A stretch of 64,000 nt of DNA from a virus. The notes under the pieces were generated by a model. The model did no database searches, had not been told where the DNA came from, and saw nothing but the letters and a program-made list of their open reading frames with translations. The stretch is taken from the IMG/VR virus record IMGVR_UViG_3300020187_000010. One strand, written 5' to 3'. Made by a program: the position numbers and the translations under genes. This document shows, one piece after another, positions 18,385 to 27,915 of this stretch. Numbering within the stretch: the stretch's first letter is position 1; each line of letters opens with the position of its first letter.

Positions 18385-18648
18385 TTATTCGATATCGTCA
18401 GACTCGTATTCTGTTTCATCTTCTATTTCATCTTCGATGAGATCGTCATCTTCGAAGTCTATCTCCAGTTGATCTTCTTCTGCACCGTTAAAGATAGTGT
18501 CTGCAACAGAAATCTTTTCAACTTCCAATGCGTCATGCATCTTATCAGCCAACACGGCATCTAAAGAACCCTGTGCTGAGTTAAAATCTTGTTGTTGGAT
18601 CGCATCAATCAAATCATGGATGGGATTAGTTTCTACTTCTTCAGTCAT
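18385..18648 (-). CDS. Prohead core protein (gp67-like)
   Basis: Small, very acidic, directly after the portal gene as in T4. Confidence 0.65.
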   Translation of the reverse strand: MTEEVETNPIHDLIDAIQQQDFNSAQGSLDAVLADKMHDALEVEKISVADTIFNGAEEDQLEIDFEDDDLIEDEIEDETEYESDDIE

Positions 18649-18650
18649 AG

Positions 18651-20174
18651 TTATACTCCAAGGTCTTCTTCATTATCATCTCCGCCCTTTGCGTTCTCGG
18701 CTTCGACTTGGTTTTTCATTTCTTCAATATCATCATCAGACATCATCATGACATTCTTCATTACCCACTCACGTGAGAAGTATTCACCTACGTACTGTGA
18801 TACTTGGTCAAGGGTACTTAGTCTTTCTCTAAGTATCTCAGAATCCTTCAACTCGGTGAAATGATTATCACGAACAAAGTCTATCTGGATATCATTCTTC
18901 CAAATATCCCAATCCTGTTCTGTACAGATACCTTTGAGGATTAATTGTTTCTTCAGGATACCAGTGAATAGGCCAGAAAAACGTTTACGTAATCTATCGA
19001 TAAACTTCTGGAATTTAACTTCATCCCTAGAAATCTCGGTAGAACGACCCAGACTAAACTGTGACTCTTGTTCTAAACGGTTGATAGGTACATTCAAAGA
19101 ACGATACAATCTCTTCTGGAAGTATACAATATCGTCAATCTGCCCAAGGTTCTCACCGCCAGGTAGTGTACTAATCTCGGTACCACGACCACCTTCTCTA
19201 CGAGGTAACCAGAAGTCCTCCAACATAGACATATGTTTACGGTCATCTTTAAGGTTACCGGTACTCGCATCGTATACTAACTTATTACGATAACGACCCA
19301 TGATATCCTTCATGTGTTGTTCTGCTTTGTTAGCAGGTAAGTTACCAACATCAATATAAAAGATTCTACGTTCTGGTGCACGTGCGAGACGATAAATTAC
19401 CAGACTATCTTCCATCATACGTAACTGGTTGATGGGTTTAATTGCTTTCTGTAAGTAAGATAAAATACGTTTCTTACTAGGATCTGTAAGACCCGAAGTC
19501 ACATATGATACTGCATCCGGAGAAATCTTTACCGCACTCTGCGTAGAACTCTTCTCTTGGAACACGTAGAACTCTTCGGTTTTATCTACGATCTTTGCAC
19601 CAGTCAGTGTATCTTTTTTATACTTTACTTCTTTTACTTTACGAATCTTGGGGGTGTCTATAGGACGGATCTCTTGGATACCGGCCTTCGCATTAGATTC
19701 GTTTACTACTAAGTGATGGACAAGACGACCGTCAATATACCATGAACGGAATATGTCGTGTCCCATCTCGGAAAAGTTTAACATGGAACATATCCCATCA
19801 AACTCTTCTACCATTAATTTTTTAATTTTATCTGACGTTTCGATACCGTCTAGATTCAGTTCTACAGGAGAGGTTGTCTCCGAACCAGAAATACTTTCGT
19901 TTACAATATCTTCAATCGCTGCGTCAACTTCTGGATGGTTGGCCACACCGCGATACTTCATGATGAGTTCTGCATTGTCCTTTGCGTTATCACCATTAAT
20001 GTCAATGTACTGACCATAGTGAGAACCAGACGCAGTTACATAACCCGCACCATCGTCATCCGCTTTCGGAACGATAGAAGGTAATTTATCATTTTCTTTA
20101 CCGGTTTCTTTTTTCGATGCTCTTTTGAGTTCGAAACCGAATAATTTCATAATACTGTTATTGTCGTCTGCCAT
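18651..20174 (-). CDS. gp20: Portal protein gp20
   Basis: WYIDGR, NQLRMMEDSLVIYRLARAPERRIFYIDVGN, EDFWLPRREGGRGTEI. Confidence 0.99.
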   Translation of the reverse strand: MADDNNSIMKLFGFELKRASKKETGKENDKLPSIVPKADDDGAGYVTASGSHYGQYIDINGDNAKDNAELIMKYRGVANHPEVDAAIEDIVNESISGSETTSPVELNLDGIETSDKIKKLMVEEFDGICSMLNFSEMGHDIFRSWYIDGRLVHHLVVNESNAKAGIQEIRPIDTPKIRKVKEVKYKKDTLTGAKIVDKTEEFYVFQEKSSTQSAVKISPDAVSYVTSGLTDPSKKRILSYLQKAIKPINQLRMMEDSLVIYRLARAPERRIFYIDVGNLPANKAEQHMKDIMGRYRNKLVYDASTGNLKDDRKHMSMLEDFWLPRREGGRGTEISTLPGGENLGQIDDIVYFQKRLYRSLNVPINRLEQESQFSLGRSTEISRDEVKFQKFIDRLRKRFSGLFTGILKKQLILKGICTEQDWDIWKNDIQIDFVRDNHFTELKDSEILRERLSTLDQVSQYVGEYFSREWVMKNVMMMSDDDIEEMKNQVEAENAKGGDDNEEDLGV

Positions 20175-20188
20175 CTTTGCCTCAAAGT

Positions 20189-20222
20189 AAAAATAATACG
20201 CAGGGGGAAAATCCCCCTACGC
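20189..20222 (-). terminator. Stem-loop between gp19 and gp20 (terminator or leader hairpin)
   Basis: CGTAGGGGGA-TTT-TCCCCCTGCG followed by TATTATTTTT. Confidence 0.6.
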
Positions 20223-20239
20223 ATATATTTAGTCACAAC

Positions 20240-20767
20240 TTAACTAGTTGTGCCTGACTCCCAATATTGTACTTGGAATGTTACGGTAAACTCTTCGATA
20301 GTGTCTACTGTATCATAGTTCAAGTCAATAGCAGAAATCACGGTTGGGAAACAAGAACGGAAGTTGTAAGTCTTAATTACAAGTCCATCTTTGTCCAACT
20401 GGTCTACTGACAGGTCAGTTTGGTAATCCGCAGGATCATTGAATCCGGTATTCGCATTGTGCGAATTGATACCGTTCATCCAACGTTCCATTGCATCACG
20501 TATTTCAAAACCTGTGTCGTTAATGACGGTTACTGTCCACTCTTCGAATGTACGGTCACCGGCAATCTTCAGTTGACGACCACGGAAAGGTACCGTGATC
20601 GGAGCAACGTTAGAAGAAGGTAACTGTGCACCCTTCACCATGAAAGAAGTCAGTTCTGCATCACCAAGGGCATATGCAGGAAAGTTCAACTTACAGTTGA
20701 AGAGGTTAGGACGAGCACCACCGCCTTTTAGTTTTGATTTAAAATCATCTACACCTAAAATAGCCAT
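20240..20767 (-). CDS. gp19: Tail tube protein gp19
   Basis: GGGARPNLF, FRGRQLKIAGDRTFEEWTVT, IEEFTVTF. Confidence 0.97.
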   Translation of the reverse strand: MAILGVDDFKSKLKGGGARPNLFNCKLNFPAYALGDAELTSFMVKGAQLPSSNVAPITVPFRGRQLKIAGDRTFEEWTVTVINDTGFEIRDAMERWMNGINSHNANTGFNDPADYQTDLSVDQLDKDGLVIKTYNFRSCFPTVISAIDLNYDTVDTIEEFTVTFQVQYWESGTTS

Positions 20768-20771
20768 TGTA

Positions 20772-22580
20772 TTATGCTCCTACCGTGCCGATAACTTCTT
20801 CAAAGTCCACACCACTTCTAACAGCAACAAAGTTCAATTGAACGAAGTTGATAGAACGTGCGGGTTTAACGAAGATACTTGCAACAAATTGGTTATTGTC
20901 CACAACTTCTTGATTGTTGTTTGTTTCATCACATACAACACGGAAGTCAGTTATACCTCTACGACCCTTAACTCTACGGAGGAAAGGTTCAACGATATTT
21001 ACGAACTCTGCACGAGTAAACTCGTCATTGAATTCGAACATCACGTTTTTCGCAGCTTCACCAATAGACTTCTCAATCGCAATAAACAAACGTCTTACGT
21101 TGATACGGTCAAAGGCAGAAGGTCGGCTTTCCAACGTCTTATCACCAAACAAGATCAGACCAGTGCCTGGAATGTTTGCGATAGGGTTGACACCTGCTTT
21201 ATACAGAGAATCACGTTGGGTTTGATTAGGGTTAGTTAAGATATCGGTAACACCACGATAATTACCACGTCTCTGTCCGGCAGGTGAGTACCAAGGATCT
21301 GCGATAATGTCAGTAGCAGCCATCAGACCCGCAGTGCTTGAAGCAGCAGGGATGTTGATGTACTTGTCGTTGTACTTATCAAAGATCTTGATGAAGTTGT
21401 TATCGACAATTAAGTAAGAGGATTTAGTTAATCCGCCAACGAAGGAAACCGCATTGGTTGTTGCTTGTGCATCGGTCTTACCCACAAGATTGTCTCTGTC
21501 TACAGAAGTTATTACAACACAATCTTTACGTGCAGTTGCAATTGACGTTAGGTCATTTGTAACAGTCGCGCCTTGTGCGGCAGTTGGGTGCATAGGAGCA
21601 ATCAGGAAGTCAATCTCGGTAGTGAGTTTGTCTTCGAACAGATCGTAACCTTCTGAGATATCGCCAGTAGATAGAGTTGCAGACGCTTGTCCACCACCAA
21701 GATTTACTGTACGAACACCATCTACAAGAGCTGCACCGAGACCATAGTTGGTCGCAGTATCTACATCAGGAGTAGTTCCCCAGTTTCCGCCAAGATCTAA
21801 GAAGTCAGAACCGAAGGCAGAGTCATCACCGAAGTAACCATTCCAGATATACTGAGAGTTTGCATTCAGTACGTCAGAGATATAGTTAGGTGAATTGTCA
21901 GGAGTTACTGCGCCTTTAGCAACAGAGAGATATTCAAACTTTTCAAGAACTGCACCAACAGTACCAGAGATTAGACCGGTACGGTCAATAATAGCAACGT
22001 GAACTTCGTCATTAGATGCACCATTGCTGGTTGCATAAGTAGAAGATCCGGGCGCGCCATTGAACTGTGATGCGTATGACCAACCAGTAAAGTGATCAAC
22101 ACTTGCAGAGTCGCCAGCAGGACAGAAAGATACAGTCAAAGCGTTACCAATGTCGCCTGGATATTTTGCAATCCAAGTACCACTAGAAGTTTTTGAAACA
22201 CCTTCACCTACTGCGTCTTTGACAGTATTTTCCCAGTGAGAGCCATTGTTGACAATCATAGAGTTAAGGTCAGAGTCACCTGCAAGTTTGGTCACTGCAC
22301 CGTGTGCGTTTTGTCCACCATTGTTCTCGCGAACAACTTGAAGAGTTTGTGAGTATTTTAAGAAATACGCAGCGGAATGAAAATCCACTGAGTTCGTGTC
22401 GTTAGGTGCGGCAAATGCAGTAACTAAACCCGTCTCGTCAGAGATAAGAGTTCGTTCATGCACAGGGCCCCAACGGAAGTTTCCTACGAAACCAGCACCA
22501 GAAGCACCGACAGCAGGCACGATTGCCGTTTTGTCGATCTCACTGATATTGATCCGTGGAGATGCGGGTTTTACAGCCAT
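20772..22580 (-). CDS. gp18: Tail sheath protein gp18
   Basis: F.WGP, WYSPAG..RG, GDKT...SAFDRINVRRLF, KPARSINF. Confidence 0.98.
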   Translation of the reverse strand: MAVKPASPRINISEIDKTAIVPAVGASGAGFVGNFRWGPVHERTLISDETGLVTAFAAPNDTNSVDFHSAAYFLKYSQTLQVVRENNGGQNAHGAVTKLAGDSDLNSMIVNNGSHWENTVKDAVGEGVSKTSSGTWIAKYPGDIGNALTVSFCPAGDSASVDHFTGWSYASQFNGAPGSSTYATSNGASNDEVHVAIIDRTGLISGTVGAVLEKFEYLSVAKGAVTPDNSPNYISDVLNANSQYIWNGYFGDDSAFGSDFLDLGGNWGTTPDVDTATNYGLGAALVDGVRTVNLGGGQASATLSTGDISEGYDLFEDKLTTEIDFLIAPMHPTAAQGATVTNDLTSIATARKDCVVITSVDRDNLVGKTDAQATTNAVSFVGGLTKSSYLIVDNNFIKIFDKYNDKYINIPAASSTAGLMAATDIIADPWYSPAGQRRGNYRGVTDILTNPNQTQRDSLYKAGVNPIANIPGTGLILFGDKTLESRPSAFDRINVRRLFIAIEKSIGEAAKNVMFEFNDEFTRAEFVNIVEPFLRRVKGRRGITDFRVVCDETNNNQEVVDNNQFVASIFVKPARSINFVQLNFVAVRSGVDFEEVIGTVGA

Positions 22581-22646
22581 AGCATTTTCCTTTAGTTTCG
22601 TTAACGAATGATAAGTAAATCATAATACGGTTATTTTCAATACTAG

Positions 22647-22654
22647 TATTTATA
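22647..22654 (-). promoter_or_regulatory. T4-type late promoter upstream of gp18
   Basis: TATAAATA. Confidence 0.75.
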
Positions 22655-22667
22655 AGAATACTATTCT

Positions 22668-24275
22668 CTACCAGTCTCGATCACCTATCGTGTCTATAGA
22701 GTGCCATCCTTGGTATGTGTTATCTTGTTCTTCGATATAATCCGATCCATCATCAATGAAACCGAACGGTACTATATCATTTTCTATTGCGGACATCTTA
22801 TCTCGGAACATCATGTCCTTTAGATTAATGTCTGTCATATCCGCAAAGAATTGGGTGGATACGAAATATCCAAACATCACTAGGTTCATCATAAGGTCAT
22901 CGTGGTTACCACTAGAGGCTTCGTATGATTGTCCTTTACCTATGAATGTTGATATCTCTAGGATGGTGTTCTCATCCACTATGTTTATTTTGTTTGTTTC
23001 TATAATGTCTTTGATTGAGGAACACCCAAGTCTCTTGACTTTTCGGTTCATTTCTATACCGAGTGCGTCTGCCTTGGTTGCACTGGAGGTGTGGAGGTTC
23101 TCATATTCTAAGTCATAATATAGTCCATTACAAACTACTGTACCCTGATCATTTGATTCAACGACTACCCACGATTGATTGTAGAGATTCGCATACTTAT
23201 ATATAATGTTAGGAAAGAGTAGTGGAGAAATAGTATTGCACCGATACACCGCGACTTGTTTGAAAGGTCGTGAGGTAATATCGATTACGTTAAACGTAGA
23301 ATAATCCTGTCCTCTTCCCTTCGATACATCAACTGCCATGATGTATTCGTAATCCTTAATTGGTTCGTCATATATAAGGCAGTCACCCCCTTCAAGAACA
23401 CTTGAAGGATTTTGTGCTCTGAGACCCATCAGGGTTTCTGCACCTATGAGTGTATCACCCGTACCAAAGAAAGTATTACCAAATTCTTGGTCGAACTGTA
23501 ATTGAGAAGTGTTCGCAATTGTTTGCAACTTCCATTTCTCATCCCTGCCCGGCACATCCCACCAATCCACACGGAATGGTTGGTATGCATTCGTTCCTTG
23601 AACGGCACCAGTCCAAATCTTTTCGTACTGATTACCAATACCATTTGCGGTAGAGGTGATGATTACTTTGGTGTCTTTACCCGAAGATACAACAGGATAC
23701 GTTGACGTATAGAACTCAGCCGCATTCTCAACGAAAGCAAACTCATCGAGAAAAAGAAGATTAACAGACATACCACGAATAGAAGACCCACTAGTAGCAG
23801 CGGCAATGATTCTAGAATTATTACTAAACTCAATAGAACCTTTGTTGAGTGCCTTACAACCCGGCTGCAAAAAGAAAGGAAGGTTTTCCAACATGAGTGT
23901 AACACGTGCGAGCATCTCTCGTGCGGTTGCACCTTTGTTTGCAAGTACTGCGATAGTTTTCTCGGAATGGAAACAAGCATACCATAGAAGGTACCCAACC
24001 GAACTGATTGACTTACCGGATTGACGACATGCAAGTACGATAGAGAAACGATTCTTTTCGAAATGGTCAAACATCTTTTCTTGATATTCGTATAAATCAA
24101 AATTAACCAGACCACGGTCAAGATGCACCACCTTTACGTATGTACGACAGAAGTGTACGGGGTCTCCCATACACTTTTGGTATTCTTTTATCTTCTCTTC
24201 TGTCCAATTCTCGGCAACCCCATCCCGCTTCACCATTGGGTTTCCGAGGTAGCTCTCTTTAGTCTGAGTCGTCAT
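22668..24275 (-). CDS. gp17: Terminase large subunit gp17
   Basis: RQSGKS, LDEFAF, ITSTANG, DVSKGRGQDYS, HDDLMM. Confidence 0.98.
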   Translation of the reverse strand: MTTQTKESYLGNPMVKRDGVAENWTEEKIKEYQKCMGDPVHFCRTYVKVVHLDRGLVNFDLYEYQEKMFDHFEKNRFSIVLACRQSGKSISSVGYLLWYACFHSEKTIAVLANKGATAREMLARVTLMLENLPFFLQPGCKALNKGSIEFSNNSRIIAAATSGSSIRGMSVNLLFLDEFAFVENAAEFYTSTYPVVSSGKDTKVIITSTANGIGNQYEKIWTGAVQGTNAYQPFRVDWWDVPGRDEKWKLQTIANTSQLQFDQEFGNTFFGTGDTLIGAETLMGLRAQNPSSVLEGGDCLIYDEPIKDYEYIMAVDVSKGRGQDYSTFNVIDITSRPFKQVAVYRCNTISPLLFPNIIYKYANLYNQSWVVVESNDQGTVVCNGLYYDLEYENLHTSSATKADALGIEMNRKVKRLGCSSIKDIIETNKINIVDENTILEISTFIGKGQSYEASSGNHDDLMMNLVMFGYFVSTQFFADMTDINLKDMMFRDKMSAIENDIVPFGFIDDGSDYIEEQDNTYQGWHSIDTIGDRDW

Positions 24276-24612
24276 GCGGGATCACTTGTTTCTCATTCTG
24301 TAAAAATCGTTGGAGTTCGGTTGTTGAACCCAGAAAAACATTGTTGGTGGTATTACCTCTATTCTCCAGAGCTGGAACATCAGACTTCTCGACATCCTTT
24401 TTCTTTTTCTGGAGATCCATTAACTTATCGTTAACATCAGCAATACCTTTTATCATACCAGACAATACTTCGAATGCGCGAGGGTGTTCACTCTCACGTG
24501 CAACTTCAATCATGAGTTCCAGAGATTCACGTCCCTTTTCAATTAGGTCGTAGTAGGTCTCTCTAGAATAGTCATAATCACTTTTGATGTTATCATTACT
24601 ATCATCTGACAT
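24259..24612 (-). CDS. gp16: Terminase small subunit gp16
   Basis: DYDYSR, SEHPRAFEV, NNVFLGSTTELQ. Confidence 0.94.
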   Translation of the reverse strand: MSDDSNDNIKSDYDYSRETYYDLIEKGRESLELMIEVARESEHPRAFEVLSGMIKGIADVNDKLMDLQKKKKDVEKSDVPALENRGNTTNNVFLGSTTELQRFLQNEKQVIPHDDSD

Positions 24613-25388
24613 TAAAATGCACTATCCAAATATAATTCTAAAAATCCATAGTCGCTATCTGCACTAATTCCAACCGGAGTTGGTGTAGTTTGGATGCGTG
24701 TGTGAAACAGATCTCCGTCTGCTCCTATAGTATATAGATTATTATTAACTTCGCGTATGACCGGTGATTGTGAGGTTGGGCCGTAGAAGTTTATTTTCAT
24801 ACCGAATGATAGTGTGTATATGATGGTTCTTCGATCACCAACAGAACCTTCAAAGTCGTCCGAGAAAGATATTGCCTGTAATGTAATAGGTACGTCTTCT
24901 TTTATCTCGGGGAACTCTGAACTGAAAGGTTTTACACCAACCGTATATGATGGGTTGAAATATGGTATAATCTGTTCGACCATTTGCAATGCGTCATCTT
25001 GACTCTTTGCATATACGTTGACATCAAATGTCATATCATATGGTACGGACACATAGAAGTTATTACGTTTAGTCTCACTACCTTGCAGTGTTGTCGAGAA
25101 CGTATTTGTCTTGGGTAGTTGTCTCTGAGGGTCATACGCCATAGAAGTAATCTCGAAAGACATCCGAGGCAACTTAATTGCAACTCTACGTTCCTGTTCT
25201 TCACCTTCTCTCATTTCCTGAAGACGTTGAATGAAACTTCTCTTGGGGGCATATGATAACGGAACTTTGACTTGAGAGATAGTCTCTCCTGCCGAGTTAG
25301 TTCTCAACACATATATGTTATTAAATAAAGAACCGAATACGGATACCGCAGTTCTTACTCTCTTGTGATAAAAATGTGTTCCGAACAT
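24612..25388 (-). CDS. gp15: Tail sheath stabilizer gp15
   Basis: FGSLFNNI, VPLSYAPK, LPRMSFE, QIIPYFNP, RRTIIYTL. Confidence 0.95.
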   Translation of the reverse strand: MFGTHFYHKRVRTAVSVFGSLFNNIYVLRTNSAGETISQVKVPLSYAPKRSFIQRLQEMREGEEQERRVAIKLPRMSFEITSMAYDPQRQLPKTNTFSTTLQGSETKRNNFYVSVPYDMTFDVNVYAKSQDDALQMVEQIIPYFNPSYTVGVKPFSSEFPEIKEDVPITLQAISFSDDFEGSVGDRRTIIYTLSFGMKINFYGPTSQSPVIREVNNNLYTIGADGDLFHTRIQTTPTPVGISADSDYGFLELYLDSAF

Positions 25389-27139
25389 TATGACATATCT
25401 CCAAACGGATTTCCTTCAGAAAAATCTAAAAAATCACTTTCGAAATCATCAAAGTAATCTCCCTGAGAAAGACCTGCGGCCACCTCTTCTATTTGTTGTA
25501 ACTCTTCTACCAGATTCGGTGCATAGGTTGCACTAGGAGAAACTACCGCTCTTGTTGTATTGAATGTATGATACTTACCGTCTGTCGCACCCACATGAGC
25601 CAGATACAAAGTATTGTCCGAGTCAGACCATTTTGCAACCTCGCCGGTCATGGAGTATCCACTACCAGACTGTGTTACTATCTCACCACGTTTGTAATCA
25701 TTAACACTGTATGGAGCAGAAATCGTTACGGTCGGTGGTTCGTTGTAATATATACCCGAGTTTGTCAAGATAAATGAATCTATCACACCATCCGAATCGA
25801 TTGTAGATGTAGCGGTTGCACTGATTGCATCGAAATGTAACAGTACGGCATCTTTATCATCTGCACTATATGCGGCTTCAGTAGTTACTATTACGTTATC
25901 AACACCAACAACAGTATATCTTGGTTCTAGAAGTTCTGCCTTCGTGCCAACTTGAACACGGAATTCATCGATGAATCCATTCAATCCACTCCAGTCAACA
26001 CCATCGACTGTACGTGCCGCAGTTCCGCCTACCGAGTAACCATTATCAGACACCCAGTCGAAAGTAACACCTGCAAGATTATCATCAAACTTTTTCTCGA
26101 AATCAAAGTATATAACTAGATTATTTGTATCAAATGCACCGATAAGTATGTGATGCCAAGTATCTTCTTGGAATAAAACGTTATTACCAGTAAGTACTGT
26201 GACACCACCGCCAGAATTATCACCACGACTATATGTTAACTGACCACTACTATTGACACCCCAGAAATATCGGGCAGGAAGATCGTCATCACTTCCACCT
26301 GTTTCGAAAAAGATTGACTGACCAGTAGAAGGTAAATCATCAATATATATCCAAGCTTCAATTACACCATGCAATCCGGTTTGTGTGTAATTAGATTCTG
26401 AACCACGACCACGACCTACATCCAGAGACGCATTACCGAACTGCGAATTACTACCCAAGGCAGATTCTAGAGTTATTGTGGGTGCAGAAGTATATCCCTT
26501 ACCTGCGAAACCAGTTTGAAACTGTGTCACTTGTCCATCGAGATTGATCAGTGTAGTTGCAGTTGCTCTCGCAACCTCCGGAGACTCCATGACCAGTTTA
26601 TATTGGTATGCACTCTCAACCTCCACGTCATCAATACCTTCGATATCAGTATCAAAGTCTTCGTCATTATATTCGAATAACTCACACTGAAGTCTGAACG
26701 TTGGTAATTGACTTAGTTGATAGAAAGGTGTTTCGGTTTCTACTTTGAAGATCTCAAACATAGACTGAGAGAATGGGATGTATATGATATCACCTTCTCT
26801 TGGACGGAAGTTATACGCATCTAGTTTATCACCGATGAGTCCTTTCCATCTTCTTCGTGCACAAACAAATGTTGCTTGATCACGTAACTCTACTCCGAAC
26901 TTGGAGAATAAGTCAGCCTCTCCTCCAAACCCATCTACATTCTCTACATACATTTCTATTTTGTATGCGTCACTGAAATGCGAAGGAACGTCATCAAGGA
27001 ACACTTTATCTACATTGACAAGTTCACGGGGTAAATAATATACATCTTGACCATAGAACTTCAAGGACTCGATTACCAAGTCCTCGTATAAGTTCTGTTC
27101 GCCACGTACTGCTTGGGAAACCCACGGATTCGTTGCCAT
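25388..27139 (-). CDS. gp14: Neck protein gp14 with inserted LamG/concanavalin-like domain
   Basis: gp14 N-terminus (YGQDVYYLPRE, FSKFG, RPREGD, CELFEY) and C-terminal DFSEGNPFG; internal IEAWIY...TWHHI...GFIDEFRV LamG-like segment. Confidence 0.88.
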   Translation of the reverse strand: MATNPWVSQAVRGEQNLYEDLVIESLKFYGQDVYYLPRELVNVDKVFLDDVPSHFSDAYKIEMYVENVDGFGGEADLFSKFGVELRDQATFVCARRRWKGLIGDKLDAYNFRPREGDIIYIPFSQSMFEIFKVETETPFYQLSQLPTFRLQCELFEYNDEDFDTDIEGIDDVEVESAYQYKLVMESPEVARATATTLINLDGQVTQFQTGFAGKGYTSAPTITLESALGSNSQFGNASLDVGRGRGSESNYTQTGLHGVIEAWIYIDDLPSTGQSIFFETGGSDDDLPARYFWGVNSSGQLTYSRGDNSGGGVTVLTGNNVLFQEDTWHHILIGAFDTNNLVIYFDFEKKFDDNLAGVTFDWVSDNGYSVGGTAARTVDGVDWSGLNGFIDEFRVQVGTKAELLEPRYTVVGVDNVIVTTEAAYSADDKDAVLLHFDAISATATSTIDSDGVIDSFILTNSGIYYNEPPTVTISAPYSVNDYKRGEIVTQSGSGYSMTGEVAKWSDSDNTLYLAHVGATDGKYHTFNTTRAVVSPSATYAPNLVEELQQIEEVAAGLSQGDYFDDFESDFLDFSEGNPFGDMS

Positions 27140-27142
27140 TTT

Positions 27143-27904
27143 TTATCCTACAAAGAACATTGGGCCAATGTCTTCTTCTTCTCTGAATTTAATCATGATT
27201 TGTTCTATCTCTGCAACAGCATCATCATAGATCTGTCGTCCCGAAATAGTAACACCGCCAGGTAATTGCATACCTTCGAACTTAGACATATTCTGTCCCC
27301 ACTGTTTCTTGAGTAGTGCGATAGAATATTGTTTTAAAAACTTATGGTTCCATAGTGAATTCAAATCCGAGTTTGTTCCCGCATTAGGATCAATATCACC
27401 ATATACCTCAAAGACCACATAGTTACCTACTGTGAAATCTGCCTTATCATGATAGAAATATACTCTGTCATTCTGTCGGTCAAATGTAATCTGTGGTTCC
27501 CCACTTAGTTTCATATCAAGTAATGATAGGTGTTGTTGCATTTGTTCATAGTATGCCATGTCACCACTATGTCTATTTAGATCACTAATATCATTCAATC
27601 TCATCTGATACTTAATATCAAAGAAGTTGGTTGATGCAGTCACACTATCCACACGGAACATGCGTACAACAGTTAATAGATCTTCTTGTAGTTCGAAAAA
27701 CCCTGCGTCAATTTCTGCCTGAACAAGTTGATGTGTAATGTAAAATCGTCTTTTACCATCAGGGTGATATTCACGAAACCATTGTAAAGCTTCGTCAATA
27801 CGATCTTCGATCTGTTCGTCCGCCACATTAATTTCGAGTACAGGAGATCCTAATGCCCGTAGACAGTAGTCAATATGTTCGTCTCTTGTATTTGGATTGG
27901 CCAT
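27143..27904 (-). CDS. gp13: Neck protein gp13
   Basis: YCLRALGSPVLEINV, KKQWGQNMSKF.GMQLPGGVT. Confidence 0.95.
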   Translation of the reverse strand: MANPNTRDEHIDYCLRALGSPVLEINVADEQIEDRIDEALQWFREYHPDGKRRFYITHQLVQAEIDAGFFELQEDLLTVVRMFRVDSVTASTNFFDIKYQMRLNDISDLNRHSGDMAYYEQMQQHLSLLDMKLSGEPQITFDRQNDRVYFYHDKADFTVGNYVVFEVYGDIDPNAGTNSDLNSLWNHKFLKQYSIALLKKQWGQNMSKFEGMQLPGGVTISGRQIYDDAVAEIEQIMIKFREEEDIGPMFFVG

Positions 27905-27915
27905 GTTATTACCTA

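Noticed and set aside
6686-24275. Introns, inteins or homing endonucleases in gp46, uvsW, gp17, gp20
   Set aside because: All are uninterrupted and of ordinary length, with no intein, HNH or GIY-YIG motifs.
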